Origin: Spirochaetia bacterium
Lineage (GTDB): Bacteria; Spirochaetota; Spirochaetia; CADAEX01
Length of the DNA stretch: 64,000 bases
Direction of reading: 5' to 3'
Assembly: GCA_963662795.1 (NCBI GenBank)
Contig: OY759746.1
Location: 1,152,001-1,216,000 of the forward strand
In this document: one piece after another, positions 1 through 9,824 of the stretch
How the letters are laid out: every line of letters starts with the position of its first letter
How positions within the stretch are numbered: the stretch's first letter is position 1
Translations under genes and position numbers: made by a program
Notes under the pieces: model-generated
Databases searched by the model: none
What the model was told of the DNA's origin: nothing
Seen by the model: the letters and a program-made list of their open reading frames with translations, nothing else

Positions 1-117
1 ATTGAATTTATAATATTTTTTAAAATTAACAAGAATTTCAGCTATTGCATCTTCCTTGTTCCGGGCCGGACTATTGATAATAATATAGTCAGGCCTGAGC
101 AAACTGGATAGTTTCAT
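1..117 (-). CDS. 5' part of a PTS IIA (Ntr/Fru/Mtl-type) domain protein, runs off the window edge
   Basis: Not in the ORF track. Manual translation from ATG 117 gives MKLSSLLRPDYIIINSPARNKEDAIAEILVNFKKYYKFN, which resembles the typical PTS_EIIA_2 N-terminus. GGGAG RBS just upstream. Confidence 0.65.
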   Translation of the reverse strand, partial: MKLSSLLRPDYIIINSPARNKEDAIAEILVNFKKYYKFN

Positions 118-162
118 TTAAAACTCCCTGATTAAGTAATAAATTAATATATACTTTTCTCT

Positions 163-206
163 AAAAACAAAAAAGGCAGGTACGAAGAAATTTTCGTATC
201 TGCCTT
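163..206 (-). terminator. Intrinsic terminator, probable riboswitch expression platform
   Basis: Minus strand AAGGCAGATACGAA-AATTTC-TTCGTACCTGCCTT (one mismatch) followed by TTTTGTTTTT. Confidence 0.8.
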
Positions 207-230
207 GATTTTGGATCACTCTGGAGATCC

Positions 231-283
231 TTAAAGTCTTCTAACCCGCCGGTAAATTCCGTTCGCCGGAAAGACAATCATCC
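231..283 (-). ncRNA. Putative Na+ riboswitch aptamer (DUF1646 / Na+-I-like)
   Basis: Minus strand GGATGATTGTCTTTCCGG...CCGGCGGGTTAGAAGACTTTAA. P1 GTCTT/AAGAC and P2 CCGG/CCGG with a GGGTTA bulge. Precedes a terminator and sits in a Na+ ATPase context. Family match is from memory, not a covariance search. Confidence 0.55.
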
Positions 284-312
284 ATTAACATATCGCAGTT
301 TGTTCCTTTTTA

Positions 313-741
313 TCAAAGAATTCCCATGAGAAAAACCATTATAAAAAGGGCTACTGATTCAACAAGACCAAGAATGATAAGGTAATTGCTGAATCCTTTT
401 CCGGTGCTTGTAAGCGCATCTGCTCCTGCCGCTCCAGCTGCGCCCTGAAACCATGCAGACATACCAATTCCAAAACCGCCGAATAATCCTGCGCCGAGAA
501 TAAGGCCGGGATCCGCAGAAGAAGAAGCTGCGAGAAGCTGATTCATCAAAATCATGCCGTAGATTGTCTGTGTAAACGGAGCACCGACAAAAGCAAGAAG
601 AATGAAAGGCGCCGGTTTGTTTTGCGCATAACATCTTTTCCATGCGCCTATTGTTGACATACCTGCTATACCAATACCTATTGCTGATCCGGCTGCTGCC
701 AGAGCAAATGCTGCTGCTATTCCCATCTGTCCCATATTCAT
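313..741 (-). CDS. atpK: V/A-type ATP synthase subunit K (c-ring), Na+-binding type
   Basis: Four-helix proteolipid with PFTQTIY, SAWFQG and LGLVES motifs. Start moved to ATG 741 behind an AGGAG RBS. Confidence 0.92.
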   Translation of the reverse strand: MNMGQMGIAAAFALAAAGSAIGIGIAGMSTIGAWKRCYAQNKPAPFILLAFVGAPFTQTIYGMILMNQLLAASSSADPGLILGAGLFGGFGIGMSAWFQGAAGAAGADALTSTGKGFSNYLIILGLVESVALFIMVFLMGIL

Positions 742-857
742 ATGAAAACTCCTTTTACTTAAGCTGTCACTGTTAAACAAGTTACAGCTAAAACATAATA
801 TTTATTTTTAATATATAGATTTAACCTGTCTGCATCATATAAGTGATTCAGGCAGGA

Positions 858-2660
858 TTAAAACTCATTTTTTTTGAATGGATTATAGGCATGACCGCTC
901 CACTCCATTCCGACTTTTCCTCCGAACTCAAGCATATTGAGTCTTACACCGTGCACAATTACAGATAAAAGCGACATGGCCATATTGAATGTATGTGCAA
1001 GAAATAAAACAATAGCCGCCAGGATCATCCCCACTATTCCCTCAAAGCCCGAAGCCATCTGGTTAAAACTCTGAGCAACAGCTACAGTTGCAAGCCCTAC
1101 TGCAAAAAGCCTGATGTATGAAACAAGATCTGCAAACATATTGACACTGTTAAGAAACTTCATCGGAGACCATGCAAGTCCCAGGAAAATTCCTTTCAAT
1201 ATATTTTTTCCGCTCTGCTCGGAAAAAACAAGAACAACTCCGAATCCCGCGAGAAACAGTGGAAGAGCAACCGGATTGAGTTCCACGCCAAGAACGAAAA
1301 ACCTTGCTACAAAATACATGGCATAAAGAATCAGCAGCCATCCAATTTCAGCTATTGCTGCAAGGGAAGGCATTTTCCTGATAAAGCTGATTAAAATGCC
1401 AAGTGTAAGATGAGCCATTCCAATAAGAAAACTCAGCTGTTTTATCATGGCCGTTGTATCGCCGTATCCGAAACTGGCAATTTCCGGAATTATCATTGCT
1501 TTAAGTACCGGCAGCTCCGCAAGAGTTTTAGCACCGAACCATGTCCCGGTTACAACACCCCAGACAATGGTCGCGCCGCTTAATACAGCCAGAAGAAAAA
1601 ACACCTGTGAGGGAGCTTTTTTCATCTTTATTCTCATAAGCAGCGTCATTCCGAGAAAAATTATTCCATACCCTGCATCGCCGACAATCATTGCTACAAA
1701 TACTGTAAAAAAGGTAAGAAAAAACATGCTTATATCAAGCTCCCTGTATCCGGGAGTTGTATCAAGAAATTTAAAAAGCGGCTGAATCAGGCTTACCCAT
1801 TTGGGGTTTCTGACCAGTGTAGGCGGATCTTCGCTTTCTTCCGGATCACGGATCAACAGCGCCCAGTGCATTTCTGCTGCCGCGCTTGTAAGCTTTTCCA
1901 CCCTGTCGGCTGGAACAAAACCGGATATATATGCAAATCTTTCTTCCACATTCATATCCGCGTTAATGGATTCGAATTCCAGTATTGTGTCGAGCTCTTT
2001 AAGTCCTTCTGTAAGGAGTATTTTTTTCTCTGCAAGCTTTTCAAGCTCTTTTTCAAGTTCTACTTTCTCTGTATCTTTTTTTTCTATTTCGATTTTAAGC
2101 GTTTCAATTCCGCCCTGCGGAAGAAAGAATTCTTCCGCCGCCACTTCAGGAAGGCTTTCATCAGGCAATGAAACAGCTGCAATAAATGTTTTATTTTTTA
2201 TTCTGTTTATTGTTATGTATTTAAGATCAGCCGGCAGATTTGCAAACTGTTCTTTTGTGAGCTCAAATAATTTAACAACAATTCCTTCGCCTTCAAGCTC
2301 TTTTACATCGGAAGGGTTAAAATCTCCCCATGGAGCAAGACTCAGGATATCCTTGCGGGCCCTTTCCTTCTCATCTTCAATTGCCCGTACCCTTTCCTGT
2401 ATCCCGCTTATCCTTTCTGCAAGTTTTTCAGCTTCATCAAGGTTTGTGTATTCAGCGTTATCAGCGGGTTTTTTCAGCTGAGGAAGGGCAAGTATGCTTC
2501 TGTCAAAGAGTGAGCGTTTTTCAGCAAGTGAATTGACTGTCTCATTTGATTTATATTCTCTCTCTATATGGGCAACACCAAGTTCTCTTAGTTTGGTGAG
2601 CGCCTTTTCCCGCATTGAGTCAAGAACAACAAGGTAAACTTTCTTCATTTTTACTATCAT
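858..2660 (-). CDS. atpI: V/A-type ATP synthase subunit I
   Basis: MIVKMKKV start, GDAGYG, SYIRLFAVGLA and HGVRLNMLEF motifs. Confidence 0.95.
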   Translation of the reverse strand: MIVKMKKVYLVVLDSMREKALTKLRELGVAHIEREYKSNETVNSLAEKRSLFDRSILALPQLKKPADNAEYTNLDEAEKLAERISGIQERVRAIEDEKERARKDILSLAPWGDFNPSDVKELEGEGIVVKLFELTKEQFANLPADLKYITINRIKNKTFIAAVSLPDESLPEVAAEEFFLPQGGIETLKIEIEKKDTEKVELEKELEKLAEKKILLTEGLKELDTILEFESINADMNVEERFAYISGFVPADRVEKLTSAAAEMHWALLIRDPEESEDPPTLVRNPKWVSLIQPLFKFLDTTPGYRELDISMFFLTFFTVFVAMIVGDAGYGIIFLGMTLLMRIKMKKAPSQVFFLLAVLSGATIVWGVVTGTWFGAKTLAELPVLKAMIIPEIASFGYGDTTAMIKQLSFLIGMAHLTLGILISFIRKMPSLAAIAEIGWLLILYAMYFVARFFVLGVELNPVALPLFLAGFGVVLVFSEQSGKNILKGIFLGLAWSPMKFLNSVNMFADLVSYIRLFAVGLATVAVAQSFNQMASGFEGIVGMILAAIVLFLAHTFNMAMSLLSVIVHGVRLNMLEFGGKVGMEWSGHAYNPFKKNEF

Positions 2661-2662
2661 AG

Positions 2663-3259
2663 CTATGACACCTTTACCAGTTTGTTTTTAGCTATCTTTC
2701 CGCAGACAACTGCCGCAGTCTGCTGATCGCCGAGATATATCTGGATCATCCTGATGTTCTCTTTTGCCTCGGGTATTTTTACCTTTTCAAAAAGATTTAC
2801 TCTCTGGGTCGTAACCCTCAGCTCAGCGCCTAGAAGCTCAATCTGTTTCTCGAGAATTTTCATTTCTTCATCATAAGCAAGCAGTTTTGACACTTTTTCA
2901 ACAGCTGCGTCGATCCAGAGCGGTTTTTCAAATAAATTATATTCAGCCAGTTCAAACTGAATCCCCTTGAATATCTGAATATCCACTCCGGCGATATTGC
3001 TGTCCTCAATTTCAAGAGATTTTATCTTTACAAGCTCCTCAAAACCGACTTTCTCACCAAAAACATCAACCCATGAAAAGATTTCATCCCTGAATCTGTC
3101 CCGTTCCTCTTTTTTATTTTTCAGGGCAGTTTCTACCTGCCTGATTACAAGCTGAAGCTGCTGTTTTTTAAGCATAAGTGTGGGAAGATATCTGGTAAAT
3201 CTTTTTAACCCGTCTTTCTGATTTTTCAGTTCATTTTTGGTCAGCTTGATTTTTGCCAT
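2663..3259 (-). CDS. atpD: V/A-type ATP synthase subunit D
   Basis: TTQRVNLFEKVKIP motif and operon position. Confidence 0.95.
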   Translation of the reverse strand: MAKIKLTKNELKNQKDGLKRFTRYLPTLMLKKQQLQLVIRQVETALKNKKEERDRFRDEIFSWVDVFGEKVGFEELVKIKSLEIEDSNIAGVDIQIFKGIQFELAEYNLFEKPLWIDAAVEKVSKLLAYDEEMKILEKQIELLGAELRVTTQRVNLFEKVKIPEAKENIRMIQIYLGDQQTAAVVCGKIAKNKLVKVS

Positions 3260-3261
3260 CT

Positions 3262-4566
3262 TTATTTTTCTTCCTTCCCGGGCCAGAACTTTTTAAGAAG
3301 CTCTGTTCTCATTCCGGTCTCTTCAGGCATAAAACATTCAGCAAAAATTTCCCATCCCTTATCAAGCGCTTTCTCAAGCGGAATATTTACAGACAGGGCC
3401 ATAAGCTCTTTTTCAAAAATCTCTCCGTATTTAAGCAGTTTGGTGTCCCAGTCAGACATCCTGAACCCCATGGATTTCTTTTCCATTGATTCCTTGTAGG
3501 CGGCATAAAGCTTGATCATACCGTCCATAAGAGCCCGGTGATCTTCCCTTGTATCCTTGTTAACCTGCTGTTTCAGTCTTGAAAGTGACCCGAAAGGCTC
3601 GATTCTTCCGTTTTTCAGATAGAACTGTCCTTCTGTTATATATCCTGTATTGTCAGGAACAGGGTGAGTTACATCATCCCCAGGCATTGTCGTAACAGCC
3701 AGGATAGTAATTGAACCTGCCCCTTCAAAGTCGACCGCCTTCTCATACCGGGAAGCAAGCTGGCTGTAAAGGTCTCCGGGGTAACCCCTGTTTGACGGAA
3801 CCTGTTCCATTGTAATGGCTATTTCTTTCATGGCATCCGCAAAGTTGGTCATATCGGTCAGAAGAACAAGGACCTTTTTACCCTGCAGGGCAAACTGCTC
3901 TGCGACAGCAAGGGAAACGTCCGGAACCAGAAGACATTCAACTATAGGGTCGGAAGCTGTATGAACAAAGAATATAGTTCTGCTGAGCGCTCCCCCTTCT
4001 TCAAGTGTATCCTTGAAGAAAAGGTAGTCATCGTATTTAAGCCCCATACCTCCGAGGATAATCATGTCGACCTCGGCCTGCATTGCGATTCTCGCGAGCA
4101 GCTCATTATACGGTTCACCTGATGATGAGAAAATCGGAAGTTTCTGGGACTCGACGAGCGAGTTGAAAACATCGATCATGGGAATACCGGTTCTTACCAT
4201 ATTACGGGGAATTATTCTCTTTGCCGGGTTAACTGAAGGACCAGCAATTTCAATCATGTTTTCCGTCAGGGCCGGCCCGTTATCTCTCGGCTGCCCGCCG
4301 CCGTTGAAGATTCTTCCCAGAAGGTTATCTGAAAAGGAAATTCTCATGGGATGCCCCAAAAACCGGACTTCATCACCGGTAGAGATCCCTCTTCCTCCTG
4401 CGAAGACCTGCAGGGCAACCTTGTCATCCTTCAGTTTGATGACCTGTGCAAGCGACCTTCCGTGAGCTGAAGATACTTCAGCAAGATCTTCGTATTTTAT
4501 CCCGTCCGCAGAAACTGTTATTACGTTTCCTGCGATTGATTCTATTTTACTGTAAACCTTACGCAT
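3262..4566 (-). CDS. atpB: V/A-type ATP synthase subunit B
   Basis: [16 protein letters not shown] and [15 protein letters not shown] motifs. Confidence 0.97.
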   Translation of the reverse strand: MRKVYSKIESIAGNVITVSADGIKYEDLAEVSSAHGRSLAQVIKLKDDKVALQVFAGGRGISTGDEVRFLGHPMRISFSDNLLGRIFNGGGQPRDNGPALTENMIEIAGPSVNPAKRIIPRNMVRTGIPMIDVFNSLVESQKLPIFSSSGEPYNELLARIAMQAEVDMIILGGMGLKYDDYLFFKDTLEEGGALSRTIFFVHTASDPIVECLLVPDVSLAVAEQFALQGKKVLVLLTDMTNFADAMKEIAITMEQVPSNRGYPGDLYSQLASRYEKAVDFEGAGSITILAVTTMPGDDVTHPVPDNTGYITEGQFYLKNGRIEPFGSLSRLKQQVNKDTREDHRALMDGMIKLYAAYKESMEKKSMGFRMSDWDTKLLKYGEIFEKELMALSVNIPLEKALDKGWEIFAECFMPEETGMRTELLKKFWPGKEEK

Positions 4567-4578
4567 TCTTTCCGCCCC

Positions 4579-6363
4579 TTACCTTGTAGTTTCCAGCATC
4601 TGTGCTGCAGTTTCATCAACATCTTTCTGTTTTGATGAAAGCAGGTCAAGAAGCTCTTTTTCTTTTGCTGTAAATTCATCCGTATCCCAGCTTGAACCGT
4701 TGTAATCAAGGAAAAGCTGTCTTAGCCGGTTAAAATACTGCCTTGCATCATCCTTGGCCTGAAAGTCAAAAATTGCCGCAAGTATCCTGAATATTACATC
4801 AAAAATATGCCTCTGCCTTTCAACAGAAACAGAATTGTCAACAGGATCAAATGAGTTCTGCTGAAGATATACTGAATCGAGAAAATCACTTTTAAGGTAT
4901 ACAATGTAATCGTCAAGACTTGTTCCCTCTTCACCGACTACCTTCATCATCTGCGCTACATCATTGCCTTTATAAAGTATTCTTCGGGCATATTCAGTTT
5001 TTTCGAATTCAACAGACCCTTTATATTTACTCCAGCTTTCAAGCGGGTGTATAGCCGGATATTTTCTGGCATCAGACCTTTCCCTTGAAAGTCCGTGAAA
5101 AGCTCCGACAACCTTAAGTGTTGCCTGTGTAACAGGTTCTTCGAAGTTTCCTCCGGCGGGGCTTACTGTTCCGCCTATTGTTACAGACCCTGTGGTGCCG
5201 TCTTTAAGACGTACAAGGCAGGCTCTTTCATAAAAAGAAGCTATTACAGATTCAAGATATGCAGGAAATGCTTCTTCACCCGGTATTTCTTCAAGGCGTC
5301 CGGACATTTCCCTCATTGCCTGTGCCCATCTTGATGTTGAATCCGCAAGAAGAAGAACATCAAGTCCCATCTGCCTGTAATATTCTGCCAGGGTCGCCGC
5401 GGTATAAACTGAAGCTTCCCTTGCCGCAACAGGCATTGAACTTGTGTTACATATAATTATTGTTCTTTCCATAAGTGACTTGCCGGTACGCGGGTCGGTA
5501 AGTTCGGGAAACTCTTTTAATGTTTCAACAACCTCTCCGGCCCTCTCGCCGCAGGCTGCGATAATTACAATATCCACTTCCGCGTTACGGCTTGTTATCT
5601 GCTGCAGAACTGTCTTGCCGGCGCCGAAGGGACCGGGAATACAGTATGTTCCCCCTTTCGCCACCGGGATAAAGGTGTCAATCAGCCTTACCTTTGTTAC
5701 CATCGGGTCAACAGGCTTAAGCCGTTCTGCATAGGCATCTATGGCTCTTTTTACAGGCCACTGAAATCTCATGGTAAGGGGATAAACAGTTCCCTTTGAA
5801 TCTTCAATTTCCGCGATCTTTCCTGAAACAGGGTAAGATCCTGCGGAGACAACAGATTTTACCTTATAGGTATCCAGCAGGTTAAAAGGAACCATTATCC
5901 GGTGGGTAAATATGCCTTCGGGAACTGTTCCGATTGAATCGCCTCTGGTAACTGTATCTCCGGGTTTTACAACAGGTGTAAAATCCCATTCTTTTGCCGG
6001 CAGAGGATCAAGATAGACGCCTCTGTCGAGAAAAAAACCGCACTGCTCTGCAAGCTGCGGAAGAGGATTCTGAAGACCGTCATATATCTGGCCCAGAAGA
6101 CCCGGCCCCAGAGTTACTGCAAGAAGGTTCCTTGTAAGCTCTACAACATCGCCTATTCCGATGCCTCTGGTCATTTCAAAAACCTGCAGATCCGCCCTGT
6201 TTCCATTGATCCTGATAACCTCTGATTTAAGGTTTTTTTCTCCCTGGGGCGTGTTAAGCTTAACATAACCCACCTCATTCATCAGAACTTCACCGTCAAA
6301 TTCGATTGTTACCATGTTGCCGTTTACACCGACAACCTTACCTGTACTAATTATATCCTTCAT
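4579..6363 (-). CDS. atpA: V/A-type ATP synthase subunit A
   Basis: Walker A GPFGAGKT, CGERAGE and STSRWAQAMRE motifs. No intein seen. Confidence 0.97.
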   Translation of the reverse strand: MKDIISTGKVVGVNGNMVTIEFDGEVLMNEVGYVKLNTPQGEKNLKSEVIRINGNRADLQVFEMTRGIGIGDVVELTRNLLAVTLGPGLLGQIYDGLQNPLPQLAEQCGFFLDRGVYLDPLPAKEWDFTPVVKPGDTVTRGDSIGTVPEGIFTHRIMVPFNLLDTYKVKSVVSAGSYPVSGKIAEIEDSKGTVYPLTMRFQWPVKRAIDAYAERLKPVDPMVTKVRLIDTFIPVAKGGTYCIPGPFGAGKTVLQQITSRNAEVDIVIIAACGERAGEVVETLKEFPELTDPRTGKSLMERTIIICNTSSMPVAAREASVYTAATLAEYYRQMGLDVLLLADSTSRWAQAMREMSGRLEEIPGEEAFPAYLESVIASFYERACLVRLKDGTTGSVTIGGTVSPAGGNFEEPVTQATLKVVGAFHGLSRERSDARKYPAIHPLESWSKYKGSVEFEKTEYARRILYKGNDVAQMMKVVGEEGTSLDDYIVYLKSDFLDSVYLQQNSFDPVDNSVSVERQRHIFDVIFRILAAIFDFQAKDDARQYFNRLRQLFLDYNGSSWDTDEFTAKEKELLDLLSSKQKDVDETAAQMLETTR

Positions 6364-6459
6364 AAATACCTCTACAACAAATTGTCCTTCGTCTTCCAGT
6401 TTTCATTAAAATTACAAAACAAAAAAACGCTGAATTTAGCGTTTTTAAGGATATTTCAA

Positions 6460-7017
6460 TTATTGGCTGTTATTTTGTGAACCTGCATTTTCAGTTATAT
6501 TTCTATAAAGTTCCTCAAAACCGAATTTCCCTTTTTCCCTGTTTATCTGTGCTTTCCTGTACAGAATCTGCAGCTGCAGAAAATAAATAATAAGCCTGCC
6601 CAGGTCAAAATAGTGACCAGCTTCAAGCATATCAAGATATTCCCATCTTGCCCTGTCAAGAACAGCTTCGCCGTCAAGAGGGGATGCGCAGCTGAATGCT
6701 TCGCGCGCAGTTTCAAGCACTCCGGTTTCAACAGTTCCGGCAGAAATATATTTCTCACCGTCCTGTCCTTTTTTTCCTGCCCTCATTTTGACAAGTTCAT
6801 TTCTAAGGCTTCTTTCCCAGCTGTTCCATTTATCCAGAACCTGATTCGCAGAAACCCCTTCTGACGGTACAATTCTGGCGTTTTTTAATATCTGAAAATC
6901 CTTTCCTGTAATTGTTGATTCGCAGCAGTCGAAAAATTCCTCTTCAGACATGAATTTTTCTGAATCCCAGGAAAGCATGGGCAGGGATGAAACTGTGTAA
7001 TAATACTGATTTGCCAA
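6460..7017 (-). CDS. DUF2764-family protein (V-ATPase subunit C-like)
   Basis: YYYTVSSLP N-terminus, WERSLRNEL motif, located between subunits E and A. Confidence 0.8.
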   Translation of the reverse strand: MANQYYYTVSSLPMLSWDSEKFMSEEEFFDCCESTITGKDFQILKNARIVPSEGVSANQVLDKWNSWERSLRNELVKMRAGKKGQDGEKYISAGTVETGVLETAREAFSCASPLDGEAVLDRARWEYLDMLEAGHYFDLGRLIIYFLQLQILYRKAQINREKGKFGFEELYRNITENAGSQNNSQ

Positions 7018-7020
7018 GGC

Positions 7021-7641
7021 TTATGCCCCCGCCTTTCCCTTGACCCCTTCATTCAGCAATGATGAAATTCTGGGGTTCAAATACTCTGAAAGTACTTCTG
7101 ATATTCCTTCAGCTGAAAAATTGTGGTACGCGGAACCGTCTTTCACTGAAACAAGAAAACCTGCATCAAGGTTTTTGGAAGCTTTTACTTCAAATCCTTT
7201 TTTTATCTGGTCTGCAAGTTTTGTTCTGAGAACATTTTCAACATTCCTGTAATCTTTTTCCGAAAGAAGCACCTGAAGGTTATCAGTGCCGTTTTTCCAT
7301 GAACCGATAAGCTTGACAATTGTTTCAGCAAGGACTTTTTCATCCATTGCAGCAGTAACTTCTTTTTTAATAATAATATTAAAAAGATCTGTTATTTTTG
7401 TCTGAAGATTTAAAACAAGGTCTCTTCCTGCCTGTTTTAAAGCTTCCCGGCCTGACTGTTCGGATTTTACTGCCTCTTCTTTTGCTCCGGCAATTATCCT
7501 GGATGCTTCTTTTTTGGCTTTTGCAACAATTTCTTCAGCTTTTGCTTCAGCATCTTTTACAATGCCGGCCGCTTTGACTTCGGCATCTTTTACGCCGTCA
7601 ATTTTGATTTTTTCAATTAGTTCCTTAAGTTGGACTTCCAT
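7021..7641 (-). CDS. atpE: V/A-type ATP synthase subunit E
   Basis: MEVQLKELIEKIKIDGV start, charged coiled coil, C-terminal YLNP; first gene of the operon. Confidence 0.9.
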   Translation of the reverse strand: MEVQLKELIEKIKIDGVKDAEVKAAGIVKDAEAKAEEIVAKAKKEASRIIAGAKEEAVKSEQSGREALKQAGRDLVLNLQTKITDLFNIIIKKEVTAAMDEKVLAETIVKLIGSWKNGTDNLQVLLSEKDYRNVENVLRTKLADQIKKGFEVKASKNLDAGFLVSVKDGSAYHNFSAEGISEVLSEYLNPRISSLLNEGVKGKAGA

Positions 7642-7825
7642 AACATTCCTCGCACAGAGTGGTTATTTACTGCTTTATTCTTATTGAGAGGCCATAAAAT
7701 GTCAAGTAAAGATATAATTATTTAGTAATCAAATTTAATTATTAGCAAAAAAAACAAAATATATTACAAAAACATCTTTTGTTCATATTATTTTAACAAT
7801 ATACGTTATTTTAAATAAACCCTTT

Positions 7826-8785
7826 TTAAAGCACATATGCCATCCCTCCAAGGTAAAAAACAATGGAAAATAACGGCAGGACTGATATTTTCCAGACCTT
7901 TGCAAGCTTACTCTGCGACAGTGAAAGCAGCAGCAGAGAGAGGAGAATAAGCTGCATCAATGAAAAAACAACAAGGCTGCTGTCATTATTGAAGACAGAC
8001 ATTCTGCTTCTTGAGAATATTTCAGCAACAGCAAGGACAAACATGTTGAAAATATTGCTACCGAGGATATTGCCGATCCCCATTTCGCTGCTTCCAATTA
8101 TTATTGATGAAACTGTAACTGCAAGCTCAGGCAGTGAAGTAGACCAGGCCAGGAACAGGGCCCCTGAAGCTGTGGCTCCGAAGCTGGTCACCCTGCTGAT
8201 TTTATCAACTACAACTGAAAGGTAATAACTTGAGCCGACAAGTACTGTCAGAAGAAATATAAGTCCGGCATAGAAACCCGGCGAAAGCTTTTCCTTTTCT
8301 TTCTTTTCAGTATTTGCCTTACTTGTTTTGTGAAGTTCAAAAATGCTTAGAAAAAAAACTGCAACAATCAGATAACTGTAAATCGAAAGTCCGAAAACAG
8401 AAGGCTTTCCGGAGAAAAGTACCGCAGCCGTGAAAATTGATGTGGAAGAAAAACAGAAAGAAACAGAAACAAGGCTTTCATCGTCAAGATGGTTCCCTTT
8501 CTTCCTTAGGGATACGGTAAATAAAAGCGATGCAAAAAGTATAAACAGATTAGCGTTATTGCTTCCTATTATATTTCCTGATCCGAGAAGCGGATTGTCA
8601 AGCAGAACAGTTGAAGAGAGGGTTGATACAAGTTCCGGAATTGATGTCGCAAAACCCAGCAGTATGAATCCGATCAGCCCTTTCCCGATATTCAGCGCTT
8701 CCGCGAGCGTGTCTGCCCTGTCAGAAAGGAGGTATCCGAAAACAATTACAAGTAACGACACAATTGAAAATTCCACCCAGACCAT
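7826..8785 (-). CDS. Sodium:calcium (CaCA) antiporter family protein
   Basis: Two alpha repeats, ATSIPE...GNIIGSN and STSLPE...GNILGSNIFN. Confidence 0.9.
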   Translation of the reverse strand: MVWVEFSIVSLLVIVFGYLLSDRADTLAEALNIGKGLIGFILLGFATSIPELVSTLSSTVLLDNPLLGSGNIIGSNNANLFILFASLLFTVSLRKKGNHLDDESLVSVSFCFSSTSIFTAAVLFSGKPSVFGLSIYSYLIVAVFFLSIFELHKTSKANTEKKEKEKLSPGFYAGLIFLLTVLVGSSYYLSVVVDKISRVTSFGATASGALFLAWSTSLPELAVTVSSIIIGSSEMGIGNILGSNIFNMFVLAVAEIFSRSRMSVFNNDSSLVVFSLMQLILLSLLLLSLSQSKLAKVWKISVLPLFSIVFYLGGMAYVL

Positions 8786-8921
8786 TTTAACCCTGCCTTT
8801 TAAATCATTTTAATGTGAACTGTCTGACTCCGGAAAAACACTGAAGACATGATAGAGCCTTCAAAAATCCCTGCTCTGAAGCCGGAGTCAGACAGAAGGA
8901 CGCTTTCCGCAATGCCCTTTT

Positions 8922-9806
8922 TTAAAAACTCCTGCTCCTTCGTGTATATATGAAAATTTTTTCAAATACAAGAGAACAGGAAAAAGTAAGTATAAAATAC
9001 AGTAAAGTAATGACAATCCATATTTCGAATGTAAGATATGTTGAGGCCATTATTTCAAGACCCTGAAAAGTAAGCTCCTGGACCGATATTACAGATACTA
9101 TTGCAGAATCCTTTATGGTAGAAATAAACTGACCCGCAAGGGGCGGGAGAATGTATCTGATTGCCTGCGGCAGAACAATATACCTGAGTATCGCTGTTCT
9201 TTTCATGCCAAGCGCTTTTCCGGCTTCCCACTGTCCTTTGCCTACGGAGCTGATGCCCGCCCTGACAATTTCTGTAATGTATGCCCCTTCATAAATACCC
9301 ATTGCTATTACTGCGGAAATAAACACAGGGAACCGGGACGGATTTGTAAAAAGGAATGAAAGGATATTTTTAACGCTGTCCGGAGAATTGTATACAAGGC
9401 GGTCAATACCTGTTAACTCTATGATAAAGCTTCCCAAAAAATAGTAGAAGATAAAAACCAGAACAATGGGCGGTATATTTCTGATCAGCTGGATATAAAA
9501 TATCCCCGCAAGCCTTGAAGCAAGGCCTCCTCCGCTTCTGATTATTCCCATAAATATGCCTATTACCAGGGCAGTTATGGTCGACCAGATACCAAGTTTT
9601 ATGGTTATCAGGAAACCCCTTATTATCAGGCCGGGAACAGCCTTACCTGTTGCGTCATCTACCCTGATTATATACTGGCATATTAAATCCCATCTCCACC
9701 TGTAGTTAAGGCCGATTTTTATTCTGTAAAAAATAAATACTGTCAGCAGTAGAATTACTGCTGACAGTACAAAATCAAGTATAGTAAGGCGGGGCTTGCT
9801 TTCCAA
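8922..9806 (-). CDS. Polar amino acid ABC transporter permease
   Basis: IRNIPPIV, GAYITEIVRAG and GQWEAG (EAA loop) motifs. Confidence 0.92.
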   Translation of the reverse strand: MESKPRLTILDFVLSAVILLLTVFIFYRIKIGLNYRWRWDLICQYIIRVDDATGKAVPGLIIRGFLITIKLGIWSTITALVIGIFMGIIRSGGGLASRLAGIFYIQLIRNIPPIVLVFIFYYFLGSFIIELTGIDRLVYNSPDSVKNILSFLFTNPSRFPVFISAVIAMGIYEGAYITEIVRAGISSVGKGQWEAGKALGMKRTAILRYIVLPQAIRYILPPLAGQFISTIKDSAIVSVISVQELTFQGLEIMASTYLTFEIWIVITLLYFILTFSCSLVFEKIFIYTRRSRSF

Positions 9807-9824
9807 TCGTATATTCCTGCAGAA

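Noticed and set aside
231-283. Fluoride (crcB) riboswitch
   Set aside because: Lacks the GATGG...ACCGC...GCTRATGAC signature.
1114-2536. Antisense ORFs inside atpI (and similar ones inside serA, the FecR gene and fusA)
   Set aside because: Ser/Phe-rich shadow frames of real genes, with no RBS or domain motifs.
8786-8921. yybP-ykoY Mn2+ riboswitch ahead of the CaCA antiporter
   Set aside because: No GGGGAGUAG or GAGACC core on the minus strand.
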